The notes under the pieces are model-generated. The model did no database searches. It was not told the origin of the DNA and was given only the letters and a program-made list of their open reading frames with translations. From contig NC_043017.1 of NCBI RefSeq assembly GCF_006345805.1, positions 4,216,001-4,280,000 of the forward strand: a stretch of 64,000 bases of DNA. The letters are read 5' to 3'. Shown here piece after piece: positions 23,782 through 35,797 of this stretch (its first letter is position 1; the number at the start of each line of letters is the position of its first letter). The DNA is from Octopus sinensis. Its lineage: Eukaryota. Position numbers and translations under genes: made by a program.

Positions 23782-24370
23782 TGTAGGGATCTAGCTTGAC
23801 CCTGCCTGAGATTTGAAACCAAATCCACCCGCTTGTTGCTTGTCAAAACGAGCGAGAAATCCTCACCACACCAGATAATTGATGAGGAAACACTCGACCC
23901 CCTACAACCTAAGCTGGTCAAGGAAAGGTCAGTCCCTTTGTTTAGGGTTTCACCAACATTACTGACTATAGTCTATATAACAGAGAGAATTTCTTATCTC
24001 TTCGTCTTTTGAGAGCAACACACTCTTTTCCATCAGCCATGACCAAGAGCAGCAGTTTCCTCGGCCGCAAGAAAGACGATGCCACCTCCATCCTTCCTTT
24101 CTAGTCAGCACCATGCATTCCTTACTCTGTCACTCTCTACTGACAGGCAACCTTTTTCTACACTATCAACTACTAACCAGCGAGTCAACCTTGTTGTCAC
24201 TATCGCTAGAATTGCTTCTGTTTCTTTAACTACCTGTGGGGGCAAACGAATAAACATATGTAAATAATATTTCTTCCTTCTTGGTGTTGATTCTTCGATG
24301 TTTACTGGTTACTCCCACACGAGAACCTTGAAGTGTTACATTTACATGCTACATTCAGTAGTGGGTTACA
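23782..24370 (+). mobile_element. Solo LTR (589 bp) with 4-bp TSD
   Basis: TTAT|TGTA ... TACA|TTAT; internal TATA-like ctatataa near 23972 and AATAAA near 24249. Confidence 0.62.
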
Positions 24371-24577
24371 TTATATCGACCTGATATCACATCTTTCATC
24401 CAGCCCGCTACAGTTGTAAATTGAGAAATAAATGGAGATCAACAGAATAACATGCGTTTAGTTTCAAGTATCATTCAAATGTCTGTGAAATAATTATGAT
24501 GGATTCCTGTCAACAGCACATAAACTGTTAAATATTGGTAAAGATAGCATTGGTTCCAATGATTTAGAGATGTCACA

Positions 24578-24820
24578 TCATCATCGTTTAACGTCTGCTC
24601 TCCATGCTAGCATGGGTTGGACGATTTGACTGAGGACTGGCGAACCAAATGGCTGCACCAGGCTCCAATCTGATCTGGCAGAGTTTCTACAGCTGGATGC
24701 CCTTCCTAACACCAACTGTTCAGATTGGAGCCTGGTGCAGCCATCTGGTTCGCCAGTCCTCAGTCAAATCGTCCAACCCATGCTAGCATGGAAAGCGGAC
24801 GTTAAACGATGATGATGATG
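24578..24820. mobile_element. Inverted pair of family C 3' ends with tails pointing outward
   Basis: About 98-bp arms with 3 mismatches around a roughly 45-nt loop; (cat)n on the left, (gat)n on the right. Confidence 0.88.
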
Positions 24821-24904
24821 AGGATGCTTTGTTCAGGAAGACAGAAGAAGAGGCAGTAATAATATTCAAACTTACATAGTGAGTAGCCTAACAGTTACTC
24901 TTTT

Positions 24905-25277
24905 ACTAGTTTCAGTCATTTGACTGCGGCCATGCTGGAGCACCGCCTTTAATCGAGCAACTCGACCCCGGGACTTATTCTTTGTAAGCCCAGTACTTAT
25001 TCTATCGGTCTCTTTTGCCGAACCGCTAAGTGACGGGGACGTAAACACACCAGCATTGGTTGTCAAGCAATGCTAGGGAGACAAACACAGACACACAAAC
25101 ACACACATATATATATATACATATATACGACGGACTTTTTTCAGTTTCCGTCTACCAAATCCACTCACAAGGCATTGGTCGGCCCGGGGCTATAGCAGAA
25201 GACACTTGCCCAAGATGCCCCGCAGTGGGACTGAACCCGGAACCATGTGGTTGGTAAGCAAGCTACTTACCACACAG
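24905..25277 (-). mobile_element. SINE family B
   Basis: Reverse complement of the family B consensus, nearly full-length. Confidence 0.85.
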
Positions 25278-25469
25278 TAAATTTTCTTAAAGTCAGCAGA
25301 GGAAATGAAAGACAATATTGTTGTTGTTCAGAAGACAAAGAAACACACAAAAGGGAGAGGTGGATAAAAAAAACACAAATTAAATAACAAAAAAGTCAAA
25401 TTATTTCCAAAACATTTTTTATTATTCAATAAAGCATAACAACAACAATGATAATAATAATAATAATGG

Positions 25470-27920
25470 TTTCTTAGGTGGGCACAAAACCTAACATATT
25501 GAAGGGAAGGAACAGTCAATTAAATCAACCCCAAAATTTGATTGGTACTTTATTTTATCAATCCTGGAAGGATAAAAAGCTACATCAACTTTGGTGCGAT
25601 TTGAACCCAGAATGTAAAGGGATGTAAAATACTGCAAAGTACTTTGTACAATACTCTAACAATTCTCCCATCAACACCTTGATATTGGATTCACATTTTG
25701 GCACAAGGCCAGCAATTTCAGGGGAGTGGGTAAGTCAATTACATCGACCCCAGTACTCAACTGGTACTTGTTTTATCGACCCCAAAAGGATGAAAGGTAA
25801 AGTCAACCCCAGCGGAATTTGAACTCAGAACGTAAAGATGGATGAAATACCTTTAAAGAATTGTGTCCAACAGGTTAACGATTCTGCCAGCTTACCACCA
25901 TAATGTTGATAATTGCTTGTAAGGTACAAAGGGAGGGAGTTAATTGATCACACTGACCCCACTGACTGGTACTTTCCTTTGTCAACCCTAGAAGGTTGAA
26001 AAGGTAAAATTGGTTTCAGTGGGATTTGAACTCAGAATGTAAAGAGTCATAACTAAATACCACAAGGCATTTTGTCTAACTCTGACAATTCTGCTTTTGC
26101 CACCTTAATAATCCTTTCTACTATAGGCACAAGGCCTGAAATTTTGGGAGGAAGGAGCTGGTCAGTTCCAATGACCCCAGTGCACAACTGGTACTTATTT
26201 TATCGACCCTGAAAGGATGAAAGGCAAAGTCAACCTTGGTGACATTTGAACTCAGAACGTAAAGAGTCAAAAGAAATGCTGCTAAGCATTTTGTTCATTG
26301 CCCTAACGATGCTGATGCTGTCAGCCCGCTGCCTTAAATGATAATAATAATAATAATAATGATATATGATGATAGGAATGTGTGATAAAAGTCTAAAAAT
26401 TTATTCCAAAAACTTTAGCAAAAGAATTAAAATTTAAAAAAATTTATAGAAAAATGTTTACTGCTGGAATGATATTTACAGACATATTTTAAAATACTTG
26501 TTTACATTTATTTATTTATTCTCTTTGTAAAAATTAAAATTAGGATCAAAACTGGGAGAAACAGGTTCAAATGACACCAGAAATTTGTAGGAATTAATGC
26601 ATGCCACATATTTTCCTTTTTTTTTTTTTTGATTATCTACCAGTATAGGGGTTTCCATACTGAATATTAAGGGTCATCGCTAGAAAACATGACAATCTCC
26701 CTCGCCTATCTATCAAGTGGTCAGTCGTTGTCTTCTGTTTAACTCTGTCAGATAGAGTTGGAGGGAGAACACTGGGGTGGGAAAGGAAGGAAGGTAGGAA
26801 GAAAGGAAAGAAGGAAGGAGTTGAGGTGGTTTTTGACTATTCTTTGTCTTGACATCATCTTGTGCCCTAATTGTTATTGTTGATGATATTAGACCTCAAG
26901 TCAACTCTGGCTGAGCAAATTTATAATCAAAAATGTTCCAGCTTCTCTGTCCTGATTTGAGGGAAATTTAGCTGCTATTTCTTGTTGGTCAAGCAACTCT
27001 GCAGAGGTTCTCCTCATTGGCTTAAATGGCCCAGAGTTTTAATAAAAGGCTATCAGCTAGAACCTTTGTGGTTCCCAATCGTGGTAAGGAAGTGATTAAT
27101 TCTTAATCCTATTCAATGGAAGAAATTTGAACAATATCAATAATAGGTTCTAATTAAGATACAAGGCCAGAAATATTGAAAGTAATTATGCCCAAAGCAC
27201 TAATGATTCTAACAATTAATCGTTCTTTAATAATATTTTTAAAAATTTAGGTACAGAAGTACTTGACTGGTATATTATTAAATTGATCCAGGATTGATGA
27301 AAGCAAAGTTGACCTTAATAGAATTTGAACTCAGACTGTAAACAGCCATTATATTTGCTAATAATAGAAGTTGGAGGGGCTAATGTAAATCTTTAAAGAC
27401 AAGAAAATGTTCACACATACACACACACAAAAAAAAAGAATAGAATTCAAGCTAGTCGAGCTCCAAAATTTGCTGCCACAAGTTTGACAAGACATGTCTA
27501 AATGTAAAATACAAAGTGTAAGAAATATTAGCAAAACTATTTACAGTTATAATTTTTATACAATTATACATTTACAGAGAAATTGTATAGAATAAAATAT
27601 ATATGTGTGTGTGAGTGAGAGAGAGAGAAAGAGAGAGGGTGTATGTGTATATATATACATGTATATATTCATATGTAGATATATGTATATATTTCTTTAC
27701 TACCCACAAGGGGGTTAAACACAGAGGGGACAAACAAGGACAGACAAACAGATTAAGTCGATTACATCGACCCCAGTGCGTAACTGGTACTTAATTTATC
27801 GACCCCCGAAAGGATGAAAGGCAAAGTTGACCTCGGCGGAATTTGAACTCGGAACGTAACGGCAGACGAAATACGGCTATGCATTTCGCCCGGCGTGCTA
27901 ACGTTTCTGCCAACTTGTCG

Positions 27921-27966
<46 letters not shown>

Positions 27967-28780
27967 TCTACATGTAGATATATGTATATGTTAGTGTGTA
28001 CACATAGACACACACACACACACACACACAAATATATATGAACCACGTAAATCCATTAAAGCTTTGACAATACATTTTAATATATTACAATGTGACTGTC
28101 CATTCAGTGTCTAAAATGAGATTCCTACAAATGGAAATTCACAAACTGGATTGGTTTACCAAAAAAATTGCTTTCTGTAAGTGACTGGGATGAGGCCATT
28201 CATGTGTAGGGAGAGGAGACATTAGTCAATTTGAATTGTTTCAAATTCTTATTTTTTATGTTCATTTTTCTTTTTTCCTCAATATATTTCTTGTTGACCT
28301 CTCAAGGATGAAAGGCAGAGTCAACTCTGTCAGGATTTGAAACCAGACGTAAAGAAGAAGTAAAATTAAATACTAAGACATTCAGTTCTAAATTTCCGTC
28401 TTTTCATTACCGTTAGTAATAACAATTGGCACAAAACCAGAAAAATTTAGGGTGGAGGTGGAAGTGCATACGATAATGTCTTGTGTTTAACTTTATCTAA
28501 CCGGGAAAAGGATGAAAGGTGAAGTTACCCCCATAGGAGGGTTCTTATTACTACTTCTACTACTACCACTACAACTACTACTACTATTACGATAATGAAT
28601 TCTGTTCTAGGCACAATGCCAGCAACCTTGAGAGGAAGGGTGGTTCATACTTACACCCCAGCACTTGACTGGTTCTCTATTTTATCTGCCCCTGAGGGAT
28701 GAAAGGATTTGAACACATAACTATTAAGAGCTATAACTAAATATAACTTGGCGTCTTTTCTGATACTCTACCAATTCTGC
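25470..28780 (-). repeat. Cluster of at least 6 degenerate, co-oriented SINE A-related copies plus one young copy (27690-27922)
   Basis: Recurrent cacaaggccagcaattt...gaccccagt..ctggtacttattttatcgaccc..aaggatgaaagg...atttgaactcag near 25480, 25700, 25920, 26130, 27170, 28310 and 28600. Confidence 0.7.
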
Positions 28781-28929
28781 AAAGTCATAATCTTTAATAT
28801 AGTCAAATGAATCAACTCCAGCCTACATTGGCATTTATTTCATCAACCACCAAACAATAAAATATTTAATGTATATATTATATTATATAATAATAATTTC
28901 TATCATTGACAAAGTCCAAGAATTAGCCA

Positions 28930-29175
28930 TATTCTGTTGTGTCTGGGGAGAGTCATTTTTTTTTTGTGCCTTATTATGTAACACACTCACCGGTAAAATT
29001 TCCACGTTTTTCTTATTTTTATTGTCCTAAAAGTGTTAAAACTATTGAAAAGGTTGCAAGACGCAACGAAAATTTTAGGACAATAAAAATAAGAAAAACG
29101 TGGAAATTTTACCGGTGAGTGTGTTACATAATAAGGCACAAAAAGAAAATGACTCTCCCCAGACACAACAGAATA
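28930..29175. mobile_element. Fold-back MITE with about 100-bp near-perfect TIRs
   Basis: tattctgttgtgtctggggagagtcatttt...tcaccggtaaaatttccacgtttttcttatttttattgtcctaaaa and its reverse complement around a roughly 45-bp spacer. Confidence 0.85.
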
Positions 29176-29846
29176 ACCAAGGGAGATAACTAGGTACTGT
29201 GAAGTATTTTGTTGTCCATCGCTCAAATAATCCTACCTCTAACGATGATAAACTGTTTCTTTTACAGGATGAGCTTGGAAATATATTATTATTGTTGTTG
29301 TTGTAGAAGTAGAATCAGTAGACTGTCAGAAAATGCCTTGTGGTTATTTGGTTGTTGTTTTTTAATGTTCTGACTTCATATGCTGTGAAGGACAAGTTTG
29401 TCTTTTGTTCTTCCAGATTCAATAAAATACATCCAGAACCTTCCTACGTTTTATGAGACTATAAAATTTTCACTCCCAGATGCAGACCCAGGCAAGGTTT
29501 CTTTGTTGTAGAAAGACCAGCAGTTGTCCATACATGCAAGTCTCCCTTTCTCTACACCACGAGCCAATTATACAGTTTGGTCAATACGCCATTGTAGAAG
29601 GTGTTACTGTCAGAATGCAAAAAAACTCACAACTACCACAAGGTATCTTGCCTAGCACTCTAACAATTCCACCAACTCCCAACTCTTGATGGTGCCTCAT
29701 TATCAACAGTATAATGATGAAAAACAAAACTGACCACGGTGGGATCTGAACTCAGAATGCAGAGAGGTGGAACAAACAGCACAAGGCAGTCTATCTGACA
29801 TTCAAACCACTCTACCAATTTGTCAACCCTATTATATAAAATAAAA

Positions 29847-30085
29847 TACCTATTTCTTTACTACCTACAAGGGGCTAAACACAGAGAGGACAAACAAGGA
29901 CAGATAAATAGATTAAGTCGATTACATCGACCCCAGTGCGTAACTGGTACTTAATTTATCGACCCCGAAAGGATGAAAGGCAAAGTCGAACCCCAGCGGA
30001 ATTTGAACTCAGAACGTACCGGTAGATGAAATACTGCTAAGCATTTCGCCCGGCGTTCTAACGCTTCTGCCAGCTTGCTGCCTTA
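29847..30085 (-). mobile_element. SINE family A, full-length
   Basis: Reverse complement of 2002-2236. Confidence 0.85.
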
Positions 30086-30194
30086 AATAAAATAAAATAC
30101 CAGTTAAGTACTAAACTCAGTTCAAATTACCACATCTTCCACAACAAAACCTTTACAGCTTTGTGCCTATGTTAGAATCCTTATTATTATTATT

Positions 30195-31680
30195 ATTACT
30201 ATCAGTACTTTCCAACAGTTTCATGCGAGATTCTACTGCATTGCTAGGTGCATCTCTTCCTTTCATATGCATGTGCAGCTTTGTCCTTTTGAAGTAAGGA
30301 ACTGTGTTTGTTACAGTGCATTTTATCTTTTGTTGTGGGGATTGTTTGCTGTTTCAAGTGTTGCTTTCTTGTTATGTCTGTTTGTTGTGTAGAATAAATA
30401 TGTACAAAGTGGGTTCTGATATTTTGTTACATAAACAGCTGTGTTTTGTATATGTTGTGAGAGATTCTGTGTTTTAGTGTTGAGCAGTGACTATGCAAAG
30501 TATGTGCTGAGCAGGTTGTGTTGTTTTATTGGGTGACAATTGTGTAAAATATGAGTGGTATGATTTGCTGCTGAAGACATTTGGGATGTTAATAGTACCG
30601 GGTGTTGACCGTGTGGAGTTTGTTTTGAACATATTATTACAGTACATGATGTTATTATTACTAAAAGTGCTTCAATGCATAATTAAATAGATATAAAAAA
30701 AAAACCCAGATATGTTATAATTGTATGAGATAGGTGGGAGGCAAGATTAAATGAGAGAGGATATATTTGTGATGTGAGATTAACTGGAATTATAATGGTC
30801 AGTTGAAGAGGAGGGGAGCAAGTGAGTGGGTGAATGATGAGTATTGTGTGATGGTAGTTGTGGTGTGGTGTGGTGGCTGTGAGATGGGATTATCCCCATT
30901 TAATTTAATTAATCTTTTGGTGAAAGCTAAGAAGTATGAGAATTTGGTGAGAAGGGAACTAAAAGCAGTCTGAAATAACGAGAAATTAAACAGTCGATTA
31001 ATAAATTAACAGTCGTAGATTTGTTGGGAAATTATTGTATATTAATAATAGATCAACAGATGTGAATTTGTTAATCAACAGAAGTAGATTATTAGATCAA
31101 AAGATGTTGGTTGATTGAGCAACTGTTTGGGGTAATTAGATTAACAGATTTGTATTTATTGAGCAACTGTTGTGATTTAAGATATAAATGGATGTGGATT
31201 TGTTGATCCACATGAGTAGATTAGCAGAGTTGCAGAAAGAAAGGAAAATCTATCAGGACAAAGCCAACAGGGAAGTCTTCGGGCAAAGGGAGGTTTTAAG
31301 ATGAAGGGGTGGTCAATATTGATGTACTAAGGCCAATACTTAGTAAATAAGGAGATGTTAAGGAAACAATAAGGGAATGTAAAAAAATTGATTTAAAATA
31401 AATGTATTTGTGGAATTTAGGGGTCTGTATTGGTGGGATTTTAGGGGACTGCACTGGCACTGTAGGATCTATATTGGTGAAGTTGAATAGTTGCATTTGT
31501 GGAAATTTAGGATACTGTTTTGTTAAAGATTGGAAATATATAGGAAGAGAGTTAAAAAAACTCTATTAATAGAATTTAGAGGGCTGTATTAGTGTAACAT
31601 AAGAGATTGCACTAATGAAGATAAGAGTTTGAAAAGAGAAGTCAAGAAGAATAAAAGTTGAATTTTTAAAAGAGAAATTT
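30195..31680 (-). mobile_element. Possible very decayed Penelope-like element
   Basis: Strand-asymmetric A/C-rich coding-like composition on minus, with a weak GIY-YIG-like remnant near 30600; no intact motif. Confidence 0.3.
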
Positions 31681-31741
31681 TGATCAATTGAGGCATGAGA
31701 ATAAAATACTAAAAAAGAAGAAAAAAAAACTGTTCAAGAGT

Positions 31742-31866
31742 TCAAGAAAGAAAGATGACAAGGGTGTCGTTAAAGATTCCACCTTCCGTATCCATACCGC
31801 CATGGATGAGACAAACTGTGTACGTTTCCCTCGAACTGCACTCCACGTTTTCTACACTTTCACACC
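31742..31866 (-). CDS. RABEPK: RABEPK-like gene, coding exon 3 (terminal; not in the ORF track)
   Basis: Acceptor tttctcttttgtcttttattgtAG; phase-1 frame gives (G)CESVENVECSSRETYTVCLIHGGMDTEGGIFNDTLVIFLS*, matching the RABEPK C-terminus (LCLVFGGMNTEGEIYDDCIV in human, from memory). Confidence 0.88.
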
Positions 31867-31949
31867 CTACAATAAAAGACAAAAGAGAAAACTCAGAGGG
31901 GAGGCATTTTATGAATGTCAATCATTACGGAGTCAAATAAGCAGGAGAT

Positions 31950-32168
31950 ATTAGTTAGTTAGTTAGTTAATTTTTTGGCTCAAAAAGCAAAAAGCAAGGT
32001 CATGTAGGGGGACATGGAGTTATGTACAGGGTGGTGTTCATGTAAAGAGTTCAGGCCACTTGTGGTCAAGGGAGACTTTGAACCGAGCGGTCGTCAGCAT
32101 CCTCACCATCTCGTCCGGCAGCTTATTCCATGGATCTGCAACCTGGACGGAGAAAGCCCCTCTCCTAA
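31950..32168 (-). mobile_element. CR1-type LINE 3' end with (AACT)n tail
   Basis: Minus strand reads RGAFSVQVADPWNKLPDEMVRMLTTARFKVSLDHKW (CR1 C-terminal WN.LP motif). Confidence 0.75.
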
Positions 32169-32242
32169 GATATAGAAGTGCATTAGCACCACAAATTCTC
32201 AACATACACTATGTTGAGCATATATATATATATATATATACT

Positions 32243-32428
32243 GGAGTAAGCACATAAATGTGAAACAAGGTGGAAAAAATAGTATTCGAATACCAGAGGT
32301 AGAGTAATATGCTATATTTAAAAGCAGAAGAAATATAACAAAAGCTGTTACTCAGAGTTTCCTGATGAACAGGAACATGAAACTCTGAGTAACAGCTTTC
32401 GTTATATTTCTACTGCTTTTAAATAAAT
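32243..32428. mobile_element. Head-to-head fold-back of a hammerhead-bearing short repeat (family also at 53790-53960)
   Basis: Arms ...aaagctgttactcagagtttc and gaaactctgagtaacagctttc... joined by ctgatgaacaggaacat. Confidence 0.8.
32362..32403 (+). ncRNA. Minimal hammerhead ribozyme relic (intact CUGAUGA core, decayed stem II, stem I 5' strand lost)
   Basis: CTGATGA-ACA-GGAA-CAT-GAAAC-TCTGAG-TA-ACAGC. Confidence 0.55.
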
Positions 32429-32945
32429 TATATATATATATCAACACACACACACACATGCACACACACATATAAACACACTACACACACACACATGTAA
32501 ATTTAATTAGAGGATGTGTTAACCTCGTGAAGGGATGGTTGTACCCAAGGAAATACTGGTTGAATACTTAGTATTTTGGGGGAATAAAATTCCCTTTAAG
32601 ACAATAGGTATATATAAAGCCTATAGATTATATCCATTTAAAAGAAGAAAAGAAAATGAAGATAAGGAAGTTAATAATTGTTTATTGTTAACGAACTGGT
32701 CGTTGTCACTTCTTACAGCTGTTTCAATTAATACTCGATAAGTTAATTACAAATTTGTACCTTAAATTTACATTTATGTGGCATGAGTATAATTTCATCA
32801 GAGGAAAAAAGATGTACCTTTGGATGTTATATGTGCGTTTAAGAATTCATTGCAGCAGTCAGTTAAAATATCTTTGAAGTGCATTAGCACCACAAATTCT
32901 CAACATATACTGGATCAAAACAGTTTGATCCAAACTGTTTTGATC

Positions 32946-32972
<27 letters not shown>

Positions 32973-32976
<4 letters not shown>

Positions 32977-33173
32977 GAAATATTAAAATTACTAAGTCTC
33001 TCTAAAGAAGATTAGGGCAGTGTTACTGGATATAATAGTTATTAATATATTAATAACTATTAATATCCAGCAGGTGACTGGATATTAATAGTTATTAATT
33101 ATTAATAACTATTAATATCTAGTAACGCTGCCCTAATCTTCTTTAGAGAGACTTGTATTTTAATATTTCTATT
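32973..33173. repeat. Nested palindrome: long outer stem enclosing two AT-rich inner hairpins
   Basis: aatagaaatattaaaa...aagtctctctaaagaagattagggcag and its reverse complement flank two ctggatat(t)aatagttattaat...attaataactattaatatc(c/t)ag units. Confidence 0.85.
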
Positions 33174-33264
33174 ATTGAAAACAAGTGGATGTATTCCACT
33201 GTAACTAGGTAAATAAAATCTTCGAACAGACGGTCAGTAGCGACACCTGCTGGTTCTGACTACG

Positions 33265-33305
33265 CTGCATTGATAAAGGGCAACAACCCTGAAACATGTC
33301 TGCAG
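33265..33305 (+). ncRNA. Minimal hammerhead ribozyme relic, second family
   Basis: CTGCA-TTGATAA-AGGG-caacaa-CCCT-GAAA-CATG-TC-TGCAG. Stems I and II and palindromic stem III (ACATGT) are intact; the core has two transitions from CTGATGA. Confidence 0.6.
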
Positions 33306-34099
33306 ATGTCTGAGCAGCAAGGTGAAGCGGCTGACCTCCCCTGTTCGAAGATTGTAATGGACGCAGGTTCGTGTGTCATATAGCTAGCTAGAGGCGATGG
33401 CCTCTTGGAGCTAATCAGCGACAGCTTTAGTCTTATATTTATAGACTGCCATATTAGTATGGCGATAACTATTAATATATATATATATATATATATATAT
33501 GTATACACACACACACACATCTATAAATATACACATATATACAGAATGCGATAGAATTGTCACCATTTCATATTTTTAATTTTGCGTACATGTATTTACA
33601 CTGCAGTTTCAGTAAGACACACTCTCTCAAGTCAGCACACTGTTCGGTTACTGTTTCTTCTGCCATGTGCATCTCACTCTTGTCACCATTCCCTGTACTT
33701 ATAGGAAAACCAGGAAAGTCTGCCCGGACACAAAATGTCAGTAATGAAATCCCTACTAAGAAAAGCATTTAGACTAGACTTTCCTTCACAAACGAAGCAC
33801 TACATAAAGAAAACTACAGAACACCACATACAATCTGTACACCCGGCCACAGAACAATAGACACACATACAATCCAATAAACACGTCAGGCACCACACCT
33901 ATTGAAATTAAAACCTTCATAAAACACATCATTAAAAATCTCATGAAACGGAACACAAAATGTGTTGTAATAAACAACAAACTGACACTAATGATATACA
34001 CAAAACAACACAATAAAAACAAATTTCTTGCTAATCACAAACTTATAAGCTTACAAACATGCTACTAAAGATCAATGTGATTTGTGTGACTAGAGGTAC

Positions 34100-34219
34100 A
34101 ATTGTAGCTGTGTGGTTAAGAATTTTGTTTCCCAACCGCGTAGTCTCAGGTTCAGTCCCACTGTGTGGCATCTTTGCAGAACAAAACCTTGTGAGTGGAT
34201 TTGGCAGATGCCTGTCATA

Positions 34220-34253
<34 letters not shown>

Positions 34254-34390
34254 CTTTGCCTTTCATCCTTTCGGGGTCGATAAATTAAGTACCAGTTACG
34301 CACTGGTGTCGATGTAATCGATTCAATCCATTTGTCCATCCTTGTTTGTCCCCTCTATGTTTAGCCCCTTGTGGGCAATAAAGAAATATA
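34100..34390 (+). mobile_element. Degenerate SINE B 5' part followed by SINE A 3' part
   Basis: gctgtgtggttaag...ggttcagtcccactgtgtggca, then (GT)n, then ctttgcctttcatcctttcggggtcgataaattaagtacc. Confidence 0.7.
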
Positions 34391-34409
34391 TATATATATA
34401 TAATATATG

Positions 34410-34795
34410 GAGTAGAGGGAGACCCAGCAAGACATGGGAGGAGGTGGTGAAGCATGACCTTCGAACGTTGGGCCTCACAGAGGCAATGACGTAAAGAGCA
34501 CCATTCGAACATGGCCAATGCCAGTTCTGCCTTGAATGGCTTCCATGCTGGTGGCACGTAAAACGCACCATCCGATCGTGGTCGATGTCAGCTCCTCTGG
34601 CCCCTTGTGCCGGTGGCACATAAAAAGCACCCACTACACTCTCGGAGTGGCTGGCGTTAGGAAGGGCATCCAGCTGTAGAAACACTGCCAGATCAGACTG
34701 GAGCCTGGTGCAGCCTTCTGGCTTCCCAAACCCCAGTCGAATCGTCCAACCCATGCTAGCATAGAGAACGGACGTTAAATGACGATGATGATGAG
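34410..34795 (+). mobile_element. RTE LINE 3' end: RT C-terminal fragment joined to family C
   Basis: SRGRPSKTWEEVVKHDLRTLGLTEAMT matches the end of ORF 1282-1923; followed by family C and (gat)n. Confidence 0.82.
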
Positions 34796-35797
34796 AACTG
34801 GGCTATCAGAGCATGTTAAGTTTCTTGATCACAGGCACAACACAGTGCAAGTGCAGAGAGACGTAAACCACTGAACCTTCACCTTTTTATTTTTAGCAAG
34901 TGAAATAAGGTGGAAAGAAGACAACATGATAATGTTGCTGGCCCCGCAAGACTGGTGACATGGATATTATCAGTAGGTTAATTACTGCCAGAAATTAGAG
35001 AAAGAAAGAGGAAGGGTTTCAGAAGCTGGCAGTTCTGGAAAGAACAGATTATGAAACAAAGAACGCAAGAGAAAGTGGAAGAAGATGAAGGAGAGAAGAG
35101 GTTAGGAGCATGTATGCTTTCGTTTCATATTAGTTTTAAATGTCAAGTGTAAACATTTTTATAAGAGGGAGATGAAAGCTTCTTAATTGTAGAATGGCAA
35201 ACCACTTGGAATTGTCTTTTGAATTTTGACAAACACACGCAAGAGAGATGGTGAGAGAGAAAGCATTCATTCAGAAATGGTATTGTGTAGGAAGTACTTG
35301 AAAGAATAAGTATGGCGCTGGGAACTACTATTACTACTACTACTACTACTGTTACTGCTACTTCCACCCTCATTATTTCTGCGAACTGCTTCGCTATTTC
35401 CACATACAACAACGCAACAAGCCTTACTGTTAATGAAGAGACCTCAACGAAGCTAGAAATTGTAGCCAAATCACTCTCAAACCACACCCTACCATTTAAA
35501 AATAAAGGAAGATCATGGGTAAATGTAGACTTAGATACATTATGTCTGAAAGAATAAAAAAACAAAAGGGAAAAACAACCAGATGGTCATGACCGGAATG
35601 TTTTTGATCAAGAGCTTTTTCAATCTGAGCTAACCTTAGCTAACCTTATTGATATCAAACTGCCTATGACCACCCCTGGTCCCATGGAACAGAGTGTTTT
35701 AAAATAATCTAAATTAAAATCCTCTATCAAAATTTCATGTTAATTCATGTTCCAAACTCCAACTTTATAACAACAAAATGATTTTCTTAGATTCTTA

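Noticed and set aside
30195-30265. Hammerhead-like arrangement on minus (gatgc...gcat-GAAAC...GTA)
   Set aside because: The core would be AGGAAGA and no stem I partner exists; too degenerate to support.
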